64,000 nt of DNA from assembly GCA_016193195.1 (NCBI GenBank), contig JACPSQ010000086.1:17299-81298 (forward strand). The letters are read 5' to 3'. The notes beneath the pieces were generated by a model. That model saw only the letters and a list, made by a program, of their open reading frames with translations, ran no database searches and was not told the origin of the DNA. The stretch comes from Candidatus Omnitrophota bacterium (GTDB lineage Bacteria > Omnitrophota > Gorgyraeia > Aquiviventales > Aquiviventaceae). Made by a program: the position numbers and the translations under genes. This document shows, one piece after another, positions 20,347 through 30,312 of this stretch; the stretch's first letter is position 1; each line of letters starts with the position of its first letter.

Positions 20347-21152
20347 GGCCGTGCGGGACGATGGAAGGACGCGTGGCCCTCGTCACCGGGAGCAGCAAAG
20401 GAATCGGCAGGGCCATTGCCCGATCGCTCGCCCGGGGAGGAGCGAAGGTCGTCGTGACGGCGCGGGGCCCTGAGGCACTGGAGCAGGCGGCTCAGGAAGC
20501 CAACGGCTACGGCGGGAACGTGCTGCCGATTGCCGCGGACGCGACAGACCCGAACGCGGTCCGAGCCGTCGTCGAGTCGGCGGTGCGGCACTTCGGTGGG
20601 CTGGACATCTTGGTCAATAACGTGGGAGGCGCCAACCGCATTGCCGAGTTCGCGGAGTTGACGAAGGAGGACTGGATCCACACCTTTGAGCTCAACGTCA
20701 TGACGGTGGTGTACTTTGTCCAAGCGGCCCTTCCCTGGCTCCGAAAATCAGCAGGCGGTCGCATCATCAACATGGCCTCCATTACGGGCGTCGAACCCAG
20801 CCAGCTCGCTCCACACTATGCGGCGAGCAAAGCCGCCATCATTAATCTGAGTAAACATCTCGCGAACCTGTGCGCTCCCAATGGCATCCTCGTCAATGTG
20901 GTCTGTCCCGGTCAGGTGAGCTCCGAGGCCAGGCAGGGGTTGGCCGACTATGTGGCACGGACGCACAACATCCCCCTGGCGGACGCGCGCGTCCGCATCG
21001 ACGCGGAGGGAGCGTCAAGGATTCCTCTTGGCCGACTCGGTGTATGCGAAGACGTGGCTGAACTCGTGTCGTTTCTTGCTTCAGAGAAGGCCGGCTGGAT
21101 CACCGGAGAGTGCTTTCATGTGGACGGAGGAAAACACCGCTCAGCATTCTGA
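20343..21152 (+). CDS. Classical SDR oxidoreductase
   Basis: 'TGSSKGIG', 'LVNNVGG', 'YAASKAA', 'VDGG'. Start may be ATG 20361. Confidence 0.85.
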   Translation: MRPCGTMEGRVALVTGSSKGIGRAIARSLARGGAKVVVTARGPEALEQAAQEANGYGGNVLPIAADATDPNAVRAVVESAVRHFGGLDILVNNVGGANRIAEFAELTKEDWIHTFELNVMTVVYFVQAALPWLRKSAGGRIINMASITGVEPSQLAPHYAASKAAIINLSKHLANLCAPNGILVNVVCPGQVSSEARQGLADYVARTHNIPLADARVRIDAEGASRIPLGRLGVCEDVAELVSFLASEKAGWITGECFHVDGGKHRSAF

Positions 21153-21165
21153 GCGGGAGGATCAC

Positions 21166-22389
21166 GTGGAACAGGTGAGCATCGAATCTATCACCCAGCG
21201 GGCGCAGCGCTGCGGCGTCTGCGGGGAGAGACCTGAGGCGGTCCTCGATCTGCCAGGCCTTCCTCTCACAGGTCTCTACGCAAAGGCGTTCAACAACGAG
21301 TCTGTGGCAGGGATCGATCAGCACTTGGCCGTCTGCCCCTCCTGCGGTCACGGGCAACTGGTCTATCAGGTGCGTCCCTCGCTGCTCTACGGCGAGAGCT
21401 ACAGCTTTCGAACCTCGGTGAGCGACACCGCGAAGCAAGGCACCGGCTTTTTTCTCTCGAAACTACGCGAGCTCAGCGCTGACAGGAGCTTTCATCGTGT
21501 CCTGGACGTAGGGTGTAACGATCTCCATCTCCTCCGGCAGCTTGATGGATGGGTGGAGTCACGGGTGGGGATCGATCCGGTATGGAATGCCGATGAGAAG
21601 CGCCAGGCCCAGCCGGATGAACGAGACGCTCGCATCAACGTCATCGGGGCAACAGTGGAGGAGGTCGACCTGCCTCAGGCCTTGGAGGCCCCACCCGATC
21701 TGGTGCTGTGTCGGCACACGCTGGAGCATATCGGGGACCCGCGCGCTGCGCTCTCAAAGTTGTTCGAGGCCTCCACGGAGGATGCCCTTTTTCTCTTCGA
21801 GGTACCTGGCTTCGAGGCCCTCGTCCGCCGGTTGCGATTCGATCACGTGTTCCATCAGCACGTGCAGTATTTTTCACTAAGCTCGTTCCAGAGGCTGCTG
21901 GGGGAGGTCGGCTTCCACTACCGGGCCCATTGGGTGAACTATCACGAGTGGGGAGCCCTGGTGATGGCATTTGTGAAACAGCGTGGAGGGGGACTGCGCC
22001 AGGCCGACGAGGCACCACCCGCGGTGACTCCGGCGTCAGTCCAGGCGGCCTACGAACTCTTCAGACGGCAGATGGCTTCGACGAATGAGGTACTCAGCAC
22101 GTTTGAAGGCACCCGTGTCTACGGCTACGGCGCGGCGGCCATGTTGCCAATCTTAGCCTACCACCTTGGCAACGACCTCTCGCTGCTGACCGCGGTCCTG
22201 GACGATGATCCGACAAAGGATGGGCTGCACTATGGGAACCTGCCGTTGACGATCCGGTCGCCGTCTGGGGTAGCGGATCTCGAGGGCGCCTCGATCTTCC
22301 TGACGGCGCTAGACAACGTGAAGCCCATCCTCACCAAGTTGTTGGCGAGGCGTCCCAAGCACATCATCTATCCACTCCATCTGATCTGA
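21166..22389 (+). CDS. Class I SAM methyltransferase, NDP-sugar C-methyltransferase-like
   Basis: N-terminal Zn ligands 'CGVCG...CPSCGHGQ', 'LDVGCND', 'HTLEH', 'FEVP', 'HQHVQYF', C-terminal 'GYGAAA'. GTG start after GGGAGG. Confidence 0.75.
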   Translation: MEQVSIESITQRAQRCGVCGERPEAVLDLPGLPLTGLYAKAFNNESVAGIDQHLAVCPSCGHGQLVYQVRPSLLYGESYSFRTSVSDTAKQGTGFFLSKLRELSADRSFHRVLDVGCNDLHLLRQLDGWVESRVGIDPVWNADEKRQAQPDERDARINVIGATVEEVDLPQALEAPPDLVLCRHTLEHIGDPRAALSKLFEASTEDALFLFEVPGFEALVRRLRFDHVFHQHVQYFSLSSFQRLLGEVGFHYRAHWVNYHEWGALVMAFVKQRGGGLRQADEAPPAVTPASVQAAYELFRRQMASTNEVLSTFEGTRVYGYGAAAMLPILAYHLGNDLSLLTAVLDDDPTKDGLHYGNLPLTIRSPSGVADLEGASIFLTALDNVKPILTKLLARRPKHIIYPLHLI

Positions 22390-22390
22390 T

Positions 22391-23173
22391 ATGGACCTTG
22401 GCATTCGTGGACGACGGGCATTAGTGACAGGCGCGGGACGCGGCATCGGCCGCTCAATCGCCCTGTGCCTCGCCCGGGAAGGGGTGCGGGTGGTGGTCGT
22501 CTCGCGCCGTGCGAGGGATCTGAACACGCTCGTCGAGGACATGGGGGGAGCCCAGGCAGGGCATCTGAGCGTGCCGTTGGATTTGATGTCGACCGGAGCG
22601 CCCACGAGGTTGATGAAACGGTTGAAGGCGTTGGACGTTAGTCCCATTGACATCGTGATTCATAATCTTGGCGGTACCTTAGAGATCAGCGATCCGTTCT
22701 GCCCCGTCTCGGACTGGCGGAAGGTGTGGCGTTTCAACCTTGAGGTGGCCATCGACTTGAATGTGCGATTGCTCCCCTCGATGCGGCGGCGGCGGTGGGG
22801 ACGGGTGGTGCATATCTCGTCGATTGCCTCCATGGAGAATCACGGGCCGGTGACGTACTGCGCCGTCAAGGCGGCCCTCACCGCCTACGCGAGAAGTTTA
22901 GGTCGTGTGCTGGCCTCTGAAGGGGTGGTCGTGACCGCGGTGCTCCCTGGAGCGATTTTCACCAAAGGCGGCTACTGGGATCTGGCGGCTCAAACGCGTC
23001 CTGATCACGTGAAGCAATACCTGCAAGAGCGCATGGCGAGTCACCGCTTTGGGCAGCCGGACGAAATCGGCAGCGCGGTGGCCTTTCTGTGCTCAGAGCA
23101 GGCGTCCTTCTTCATCGGCTCGATCGTCCCCATCGATGGCGGGCAGGGACGGGGGTATTTCGGGCAGTCATGA
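22391..23173 (+). CDS. Classical SDR oxidoreductase
   Basis: 'TGAGRGIG', 'HISS', 'YCAVK', 'IDGG'. Confidence 0.85.
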   Translation: MDLGIRGRRALVTGAGRGIGRSIALCLAREGVRVVVVSRRARDLNTLVEDMGGAQAGHLSVPLDLMSTGAPTRLMKRLKALDVSPIDIVIHNLGGTLEISDPFCPVSDWRKVWRFNLEVAIDLNVRLLPSMRRRRWGRVVHISSIASMENHGPVTYCAVKAALTAYARSLGRVLASEGVVVTAVLPGAIFTKGGYWDLAAQTRPDHVKQYLQERMASHRFGQPDEIGSAVAFLCSEQASFFIGSIVPIDGGQGRGYFGQS

Positions 23174-23955
23174 TGACGATGATGAATAACGACTTGCGCC
23201 GGAAAATCATCGACGTGGTCTACCGAGGAAAGGATGGGCACATCCCGAGCGCCTTCTCCATCGTGGATATCGTGGCGCTGTTGTATCGCGAATACCTGAA
23301 GGTGGATCCTCGCCATCCTCAGGATCCGAATCGAGATTACTTCATCTTGAGCAAAGGCCACGGGTGCGTTGCGCTCTATGTTGTGCTGGCGGAGCGCGGC
23401 TTCCTCAGCCAGCGCGATCTCGACGCCTTCTGCACGTCAGGCGGTATCCTCGGAGAGCATCCCGACTGCACGAAGGTGCCGGGGGTTGAAGCCTCAACCG
23501 GTTCGCTCGGCCACGGTTTCCCATTTACCGTGGGTCTGGCATTGGGTCTTCGAATCCTCGGCATGACCAACCGGATCTTCGTCCTCGTCGGTGATGGGGA
23601 GTGCCACGAAGGGACGGTGTGGGAAGCGGCCAATGTGGCGAATAATCTTCAGCTTGGCAACCTGTGTGTGATCGTGGATTGGAATGGATCCGCCGCCCAG
23701 CTCATGCCGCGGGACGATCTGCCGGCCAAATGGAGGGCCTTTGGGTGGAAGACCCAGGTCGTTGACGGGCACTCCGCGCCGGAGTTAGGGGCAGCCTTCG
23801 ACCGTATCGTGTTCCAGCCCGCGGGCACGCCGACGGTGGTCATCGCCAGGACGGTGAAGGGCAAGGGGGTCCCCATGCTCGAAGGTCACGGCGTGTGGCA
23901 CCACCGCATTCCGACCGCGGAAGAACACCAACAGATGCGAGAGGTATTGGCCTGA
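23170..23955 (+). CDS. Transketolase N-terminal (TPP-binding) subunit, copy 1
   Basis: 'GHIPSAFS', 'LSKGHG', 'STGSLGHG', 'GDGECHEG...DWN', 'TVKGKG'. Confidence 0.9.
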   Translation: MMTMMNNDLRRKIIDVVYRGKDGHIPSAFSIVDIVALLYREYLKVDPRHPQDPNRDYFILSKGHGCVALYVVLAERGFLSQRDLDAFCTSGGILGEHPDCTKVPGVEASTGSLGHGFPFTVGLALGLRILGMTNRIFVLVGDGECHEGTVWEAANVANNLQLGNLCVIVDWNGSAAQLMPRDDLPAKWRAFGWKTQVVDGHSAPELGAAFDRIVFQPAGTPTVVIARTVKGKGVPMLEGHGVWHHRIPTAEEHQQMREVLA

Positions 23956-24917
23956 TGGGCGGCCCCAACGTGATGCGACAACAATTTGCCAACACCCTGC
24001 TGCAGGTGGGCCAGGAAGATCCCCGACTCGTCGTCCTCGTGGGTGACATCAGCCACTTCATCCTGCAGCCGTTCGCCCAGGCGTGCCCCGGGCGGTACTA
24101 CAACGTGGGCATCTGCGAACCGACCATCCTGAGTATGGCGGCGGGACTGGCAAAGACGGGGTTGTCTCCTGTCGTCCACACGATTGCGCCCTTCATTGTG
24201 GAGCGTTCATTTGAACAAATCAAACTCGACTTCTGCTATCAACAGCTCGGCGGCACGCTGATCACCATTGGGAGCGCCTTTGACTACTCCAATCTCGGGT
24301 GCACCCACCATTGCTACGATGATTTCGCCTTGCTGAAGAGCCTCCCGAACACGCAGATTGTGTACCCCGCCAGCCCCGAGGAGTTTGATGCGCTCTTTCG
24401 CCAGACGTACCGGAGCGGCAAGGTCACCCTGGTTCGCATGCCGTCGCACACGCATGGGCAGATGTTTCGCCATGACGACATCCGCTTCGGCACTGGTGTG
24501 AGACTGACAGACGGCAGCGATCTCACACTGATCGCGATCGGACCCCAACTGCGCCATGCCCTTGCGGCTCGTGATGCCCTGGGCGAGAGGGGGTGGCAGA
24601 CGGACATCCTCTATCTCCACACGATTCACCCGATTGACACGGAACTCATTCGGACCAGTGTCCGCAAGACGCGGCATGTCCTTGTCATCGAGGAGCATAC
24701 CTGGACCGGCGGCGTGGGATCAGAGGTGCTTCGGGCGACACGGGGCATCCCACGTGTGCAGCATGCCTTTCTTCATCTCCCGGAGGCGTTCATTCGGGAC
24801 TATGGATCCTACGAAGAGCACTGTGAACGATTGGGTTTCAGCCGCCACGGCATCATCAAGACCGTCGAGAGGGAATTCAGGGCGAGTCCCGCCCTTGTCG
24901 CAGGGAGCCGAACATGA
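23955..24917 (+). CDS. Transketolase C-terminal subunit, copy 1
   Basis: 'NVGICE', 'RSFEQIK', 'GCTHH', 'IEEH...GGVG'. Confidence 0.88.
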   Translation: MGGPNVMRQQFANTLLQVGQEDPRLVVLVGDISHFILQPFAQACPGRYYNVGICEPTILSMAAGLAKTGLSPVVHTIAPFIVERSFEQIKLDFCYQQLGGTLITIGSAFDYSNLGCTHHCYDDFALLKSLPNTQIVYPASPEEFDALFRQTYRSGKVTLVRMPSHTHGQMFRHDDIRFGTGVRLTDGSDLTLIAIGPQLRHALAARDALGERGWQTDILYLHTIHPIDTELIRTSVRKTRHVLVIEEHTWTGGVGSEVLRATRGIPRVQHAFLHLPEAFIRDYGSYEEHCERLGFSRHGIIKTVEREFRASPALVAGSRT

Positions 24918-25615
24918 GTCCGCGAGTGGCGAAAGAGGCGCAGAACCAAGTGCAATTGGACACCTACGAGGGGCAGGGACCGGTCCGGCTCGGACCGTGG
25001 ACCAGCCATATCTGGCGCACCGATCCACGGCACCTCGGATTTCTCTTGGCCAGGTACAAGTTCACGGCCAAGATGCTGACCGGCAAGCGCGCCGTGCTGG
25101 AGATTGGCTGCGGGGATGGATTCGGGATGCCGGTCGTGCTCCAGACCGTTGAGACGATCCACGGCATTGATTTGGAGCCGGCCGTCGTGGAAGATGCGCA
25201 GGCGCGCTTTGCAGAAGAAGGCGAAACGCGATGCACCTTCGCGGTCCACGACATGACCGCCGAGCCGCTCGTGTCCCGATTTGATGCCGCGTATTCGTTG
25301 GATGTCATCGAGCATATCCCGCCGGCCTTGGAGGACCGCTTCCTAGCCAACGTCAGCCGCTCCCTCCGCGAGCACGGGATGTGCATCATGGGAACACCGA
25401 ACGTCGCAGCCAAGGAACATGCCAGCGAGGGGAGTCGAGCCGGTCATATCAACCTCCAGAGCGCCGAGACATTGAGGGACCTGCTGTTTCGCTACTTTCA
25501 CCATGCGTTGATCTTTTCGATGAACGACGAGATCGTGCACACCGGCTTCTCCCCCATGGCGCACTACCTCATCGGGATCGGTATCGAGGTCAACGAGGAG
25601 GCCCTTCGAGGATGA
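24914..25615 (+). CDS. Class I SAM-dependent methyltransferase
   Basis: 'VLEIGCGDGFG', 'GIDLE', 'SLDVIEH', 'GTPN'. Confidence 0.85.
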   Translation: MSPRVAKEAQNQVQLDTYEGQGPVRLGPWTSHIWRTDPRHLGFLLARYKFTAKMLTGKRAVLEIGCGDGFGMPVVLQTVETIHGIDLEPAVVEDAQARFAEEGETRCTFAVHDMTAEPLVSRFDAAYSLDVIEHIPPALEDRFLANVSRSLREHGMCIMGTPNVAAKEHASEGSRAGHINLQSAETLRDLLFRYFHHALIFSMNDEIVHTGFSPMAHYLIGIGIEVNEEALRG

Positions 25616-27207
25616 TTGCCAAGGTGCTGATCGTCGTGCCGCCGCTGGTGAACAAGGACGAGGAGGGTGATGCCGCTCCGGATCGGCCGGATTTCGAGGC
25701 GTACCGGCTGGTGTCTCCGGTGGAGCCGACGAGTGTCGCCGCGGATTTGCTCCATCGGGGGTTTACGGTGAAGCTCTTCGACCTCGGCGCGTACACGACC
25801 GGCCGGTTCGAGCGGTATGAGGCGTACCTGCGAGACGTCCAGCCCGATGCGGTCGTCCTGGTGCAGTCGATCCTCACCTTCGCCACCGCGCAGGACTGGG
25901 ACGGCAAGCGGGTTTTCGAGCTGGCCCGCCACGCGGTGCCCCATGTCCTGACGGTGCTCACAGGCGGCCAGGCGACCAACTATCCCGGCCGCGCCGTGGA
26001 AGCCCGTATCTGCGACTATTCCATCAAGGGGGAAGTGGATTTCGCGGTCGCGGAACTGTTGACGACGCTGAACCAGGGGGGCGATCCCTCCGGTGTCCGC
26101 GGCGTGGCGTTCCGCACGACCTCCGGCGAGGTCTTCGTATCCGAGGGCTATCCGGTCGTCGATGTCTTACAGCTGCGGCTTCCCGCCTACCACGTGCTTG
26201 ATGCCGATCAGCACCTCCAGTATACCCAGACGTTGGAACGCGCCAAGATCCGCTTTCCGGAGAAAAGCCGGCGGTATCGGGACATCATGACCTCGCGCGG
26301 CTGTGTCTTGCGTTGCTCATTCTGCTGCGTCGCCCATCTGCGAGGCGAACGACAGAAATACCGCCGCAAACCGCTCGACCTCGTCATGGCGGAGATCGAG
26401 CAGGCGCTCGAGGGCGGGATCGAGGAGATTCATTTTTTTGACGACCTCTTCGTACAGAACGAGGCGCAGATCCTGGAGTTCACCGATGAGCTGCGCCGCC
26501 GCCGCCTCACCTTCCATTGGTTCGTCGCCCAGGGCCAGCCGTTGTGGCCGCTGACTCGCGATGCGCTGGCGGCGATGAAGGAAACCGGGATGTACCGGAT
26601 CATCTGCCCGCTGGAATCCGGCAGCAATCGGGTGCTGAAGGAAGTGGTGGGTAAGGTCTACTCGAGAGCGGAGCACCACCATAACGTGGTGCGATGGGCC
26701 CACGAGCTGGGCCTCGAGATCATCGGGATGTTCGTCGTCGGGATGCCGGGGGAGAAGCGACACGAGATCTTGGAGACCGTGCGCTTCGCCGAGGCGCACC
26801 CGGAGATCGACTACTCCGTGTTTTCGATCGCCACCCCCATGGTCGGGACGCGCCTCATGCGGCAGGTGATGCGGGAGGGCCGGCTCGATGATCAAGACAA
26901 GATCAACCGGGTCATCAAACGCACGGTGGCGTTGTATGAGACGGAGGAGTTTAAGGCGTATGAGATGGGCGTCATCCGGGCGTTCGACTGGGACCGGATC
27001 AACTTCCCCACCCTGGAGCGCCAGATGAAGTACACCCGCATGGTGGGGATCACGCTCGAGCAACTGGACATCGTGCGGGAATACTCCAAGAAGACGTTCT
27101 ACCGCTTCTTCCCGGATTACGACGGGCCGCTCTCCTTTAAGGAGCTGTACGAGCAGCCAGACCTGTTTAAGGAACTGGAGCCGCTCATCCCATCAACCTT
27201 GTACTGA
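25612..27207 (+). CDS. B12-binding-domain radical SAM protein
   Basis: 'TGGQAT...GEVD', 'TSRGCVLRCSFC', 'FFDDLF', 'LESGS', 'VGMPGE', 'ATPMVGT'. Confidence 0.85.
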   Translation: MIAKVLIVVPPLVNKDEEGDAAPDRPDFEAYRLVSPVEPTSVAADLLHRGFTVKLFDLGAYTTGRFERYEAYLRDVQPDAVVLVQSILTFATAQDWDGKRVFELARHAVPHVLTVLTGGQATNYPGRAVEARICDYSIKGEVDFAVAELLTTLNQGGDPSGVRGVAFRTTSGEVFVSEGYPVVDVLQLRLPAYHVLDADQHLQYTQTLERAKIRFPEKSRRYRDIMTSRGCVLRCSFCCVAHLRGERQKYRRKPLDLVMAEIEQALEGGIEEIHFFDDLFVQNEAQILEFTDELRRRRLTFHWFVAQGQPLWPLTRDALAAMKETGMYRIICPLESGSNRVLKEVVGKVYSRAEHHHNVVRWAHELGLEIIGMFVVGMPGEKRHEILETVRFAEAHPEIDYSVFSIATPMVGTRLMRQVMREGRLDDQDKINRVIKRTVALYETEEFKAYEMGVIRAFDWDRINFPTLERQMKYTRMVGITLEQLDIVREYSKKTFYRFFPDYDGPLSFKELYEQPDLFKELEPLIPSTLY

Positions 27208-28143
27208 ATGCTGCTCATCGTGGGCTCTGGGGGGTTGTTGGGATCGCATGTGGCGGCCTATTTCCTGCAGGCAGGGATGCCGGTGGTCTGCGCCTCGCAC
27301 AAGCCTGGCGCGGACCTCAAACTGGATCTTGCGCAGCCGCTCGGCGACTTCGCCAAGCAGCTGCCGAAGGGGATTACGCACGTGTTTGTATGCAGCAGTA
27401 TCACAAGCCTCGATGCCTGTGCGCGCGACCCGGAGACGACCAGGCGATTCAACGTGACGCACACCATCGCGTTGCTGGAGCAGCTGCTGGCGAAGGGCAT
27501 CCGGCCGATCTTCTGCTCGTCTGACCTCGTCTTCAAGGGGGACCGCGGGAACTATCGCGAAGATGATCCCCGGGAGCCGACAACCGAGTACGGCCGCCAG
27601 AAGCATACGGTGGAGGAATTCCTCCTCGGCCAAGCCCAGAGGTCTCTCATCATCCGGATGAGCAAGCTCTACAGCCTGGCTCCCGACGATCCCTCGCCGA
27701 TCGGGCAGATGCTCACCGCCCTGAAGCGTGGGCAGTGCGTGCGCGGTGCAGACGATCAGACAATCTGTCCCACGTGCGTGGAGGATATCCCGAAGGCGCT
27801 GCATGCCTTGCTGAACCTCCGTGCCACCGGGGTCTACCATGTCGCTTCGTCGCAGCGGGACACGCGCTACACCCTGGCACGGCGCCTGGCGGCTGCCATT
27901 GGACGGGAGAGACTCGTGCAGCGGTGCTCCATCCGAGACTTCACCTTCGTGGAGCCACGGCCAACCGACAATTCGTTGGACGTCAGCAGGTTCCTGTCCG
28001 CGACACCATGTCGATTCACCACGCTCGATGAGCGTCTCCCTGAGATCTTGCGCAGGCGGGGTACCATTGACACGTCAGGAGGACTCGATGGGCAAGGAAA
28101 TCAATCTGCTCGACCGGTACCCGCGCTTCAAACGGCCCCTTGA
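27208..28143 (+). CDS. RmlD-like NDP-4-keto-sugar reductase
   Basis: 'GSGGLLG', 'SSDLVFKG', 'YREDD', 'YGRQK', 'DQTICPT', 'RPTDNSLD'. Confidence 0.82.
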   Translation: MLLIVGSGGLLGSHVAAYFLQAGMPVVCASHKPGADLKLDLAQPLGDFAKQLPKGITHVFVCSSITSLDACARDPETTRRFNVTHTIALLEQLLAKGIRPIFCSSDLVFKGDRGNYREDDPREPTTEYGRQKHTVEEFLLGQAQRSLIIRMSKLYSLAPDDPSPIGQMLTALKRGQCVRGADDQTICPTCVEDIPKALHALLNLRATGVYHVASSQRDTRYTLARRLAAAIGRERLVQRCSIRDFTFVEPRPTDNSLDVSRFLSATPCRFTTLDERLPEILRRRGTIDTSGGLDGQGNQSARPVPALQTAP

Positions 28144-28750
28144 AGCGCGCGCCAGACTGGTGACCGCGGAGCATCGCGCCATTGCGGGGCGGTTTGGAAA
28201 GGAGTATTTCGACGGCGATCGCCTGAACGGCTATGGAGGGTATACGTATCATCCGCGCTTCTGGACGGAGACCGTGAAGCGCTTCCGCGACTACTACAAC
28301 CTCGCAGAGGACGCGGCGGTACTCGATGTCGGGTGCGCCAAGGGGTTTATGATGTACGACTTCAAACAGCTCATGCCGAAGATGGTGATTGCGGGGATTG
28401 ATATTTCGCAGTACGCCTACGATCACGCTATCGAGGATATGAAACCCTATATCCGTGTGGGGGATGCGACGAAGCTACCCTATCCAGATCGCTCATTTGA
28501 CCTCGTGATTTCGATTAATACCATCCATAATCTTCCACTTGAGGAATGCCGACAGGCCCTGCGAGAGATTCAACGGGTCTCCAGAGCCCATGCCTTCATT
28601 ACCGTGGACGCCTGGAGAACGACAGAGGAACGAGAGCGCCTCACCCAGTGGATCTTGACGGCGAAGACCTATATGGCGGTCGAGGATTGGCAACGGCTCT
28701 TTGCTGGAGTCGGCTATACCGGTGATTACTACTGGTTTATCGCCGAGTGA
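28088..28750 (+). CDS. Class I SAM-dependent methyltransferase
   Basis: 'YFDGDRLNGYGGY', 'VLDVGCAKGF', 'GIDISQYA', 'FDLVISINTIHNL'. Confidence 0.85.
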   Translation: MGKEINLLDRYPRFKRPLEARARLVTAEHRAIAGRFGKEYFDGDRLNGYGGYTYHPRFWTETVKRFRDYYNLAEDAAVLDVGCAKGFMMYDFKQLMPKMVIAGIDISQYAYDHAIEDMKPYIRVGDATKLPYPDRSFDLVISINTIHNLPLEECRQALREIQRVSRAHAFITVDAWRTTEERERLTQWILTAKTYMAVEDWQRLFAGVGYTGDYYWFIAE

Positions 28751-28754
28751 CGCG

Positions 28755-30311
28755 ATGACCGTGCGTCCTGAAGAACGGGGTTATCAGAGGAAGATCAAGA
28801 GCCGGGAGGAGCTTCGCCAGATTATTGGTCCACGTCCACGTCCACGGAAGGTGATCATGTGTCATGGGACGTTTGATCTGGTCCATCCAGGCCACATCCG
28901 CCATCTCATGTACGCCAAAAGCAAGGCAGACATCTTGATCACCAGCTTGACCTGTGATGCCCATATCGCGAAGGCCAATTTTCGCCCCTTTGTCCCACAA
29001 GATTTACGGGCGATGAACCTCGCCGCGCTTGAAGTCGTCGATTACGTCATGGTGGATGAGAACCCCACCCCGATTGACACTATCGCCTTCTTGCAACCCG
29101 ATTTCTTCGCGAAAGGGTACGAGTACTCGAAAGATGGTCTCCATCCCAAGACTCGCGAAGAGCTCAAAGTGTTAGAGTCATACGGTGGAGAGCTCATTTT
29201 TACGCCCGGTGACATCGTCTATTCTTCCTCACTCCTTCTTGAGTCCGGACCACCGAAACTCTCTGCAGAAAAACTGGTGACCCTGATGGAGTCAGAGGGG
29301 ATTACGTTCGACGGTCTCCGTAAGGCGCTGGACGACTTTGACAGAATTCGAGTCCACGTGCTCGGCGACACCATTGTCGACTCGCATACGTACTGCAGTC
29401 TGATTGGCGCGACGGCAAAGACCCCGACCTTCAGTGTGAAATATGAACGAAAGGTTGATTTTGTCGGCGGAGCGGGTGTCGTCGCCAAGCATCTTCGGAA
29501 AACGGGGGCTGCGGTCACGCTGTCCACCGTGTTGGGCGAAGATCCCCTCAAAGATTTTGTCCTGAACGATCTCGCGACCAGCGGGGTCGAGTGTGGACCA
29601 TGTGTTGATCACACCAGACCGACCACACAAAAGAACGTATTTATCGCGGATGGGTACCGGATGCTAAAGGTGGATCGACTCGACAACCGTCCAATTTCTG
29701 ACAAGACACTTGAACAGCTCTGCGATTCGCTGACGTCCTCACACGTCGATGCGGTGCTCTTCAGTGATTTTCGCCACGGGATCTTTAGCTCTCAAACGAT
29801 TCCTCATCTAACCTCGGCGATCCCAGGAGGCATATTCCGAGCAGCGGATAGTCAAGTCGCGAGTCGCTGGGGCAATATCCTGGAGTTTCAAGGATTCGAT
29901 CTCATCACCCCCAATGAGCGGGAAGCGCGATTCGCCTTAGGAGATCAGGATTCTGTCATTCGCCCACTGGCCTACACCCTCTACATGAAAGCGAAGTGCA
30001 AGGTCCTCATGCTCAAACTGGGGGATCGGGGATTGGTGACGTACAGGGCGCCCAGCGAGGATGTTCGTTCCTTCTTCACGATTGATAGTTTTGCAGAGCG
30101 GGTGGTTGATCCAGTGGGAGCTGGCGATGCCCTCCTGGCGTATGCCACCCTGGCGCTGGTCGCCACGCAGTCCCCCGTGATTGCCTCAATCCTTGGGGCC
30201 ATGGCTGCCGCGGTGGCTTGTGAGCACGAAGGGAATCTTCCCGTTTCCCTTGAGCAGATTCTTGAGAAACTCCAAGCCGTCGAACGCCAGGTTCGCTACG
30301 AGTACGTCTAG
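28755..30311 (+). CDS. Second bifunctional nucleotidyltransferase + PfkB-type kinase (HldE-like, reversed order)
   Basis: 'HGTFDLVHPGH', 'FAKGYEY', 'ITPNEREAR', 'VVDPVGAGDAL'. Confidence 0.85.
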   Translation: MTVRPEERGYQRKIKSREELRQIIGPRPRPRKVIMCHGTFDLVHPGHIRHLMYAKSKADILITSLTCDAHIAKANFRPFVPQDLRAMNLAALEVVDYVMVDENPTPIDTIAFLQPDFFAKGYEYSKDGLHPKTREELKVLESYGGELIFTPGDIVYSSSLLLESGPPKLSAEKLVTLMESEGITFDGLRKALDDFDRIRVHVLGDTIVDSHTYCSLIGATAKTPTFSVKYERKVDFVGGAGVVAKHLRKTGAAVTLSTVLGEDPLKDFVLNDLATSGVECGPCVDHTRPTTQKNVFIADGYRMLKVDRLDNRPISDKTLEQLCDSLTSSHVDAVLFSDFRHGIFSSQTIPHLTSAIPGGIFRAADSQVASRWGNILEFQGFDLITPNEREARFALGDQDSVIRPLAYTLYMKAKCKVLMLKLGDRGLVTYRAPSEDVRSFFTIDSFAERVVDPVGAGDALLAYATLALVATQSPVIASILGAMAAAVACEHEGNLPVSLEQILEKLQAVERQVRYEYV

Positions 30312-30312
30312 C

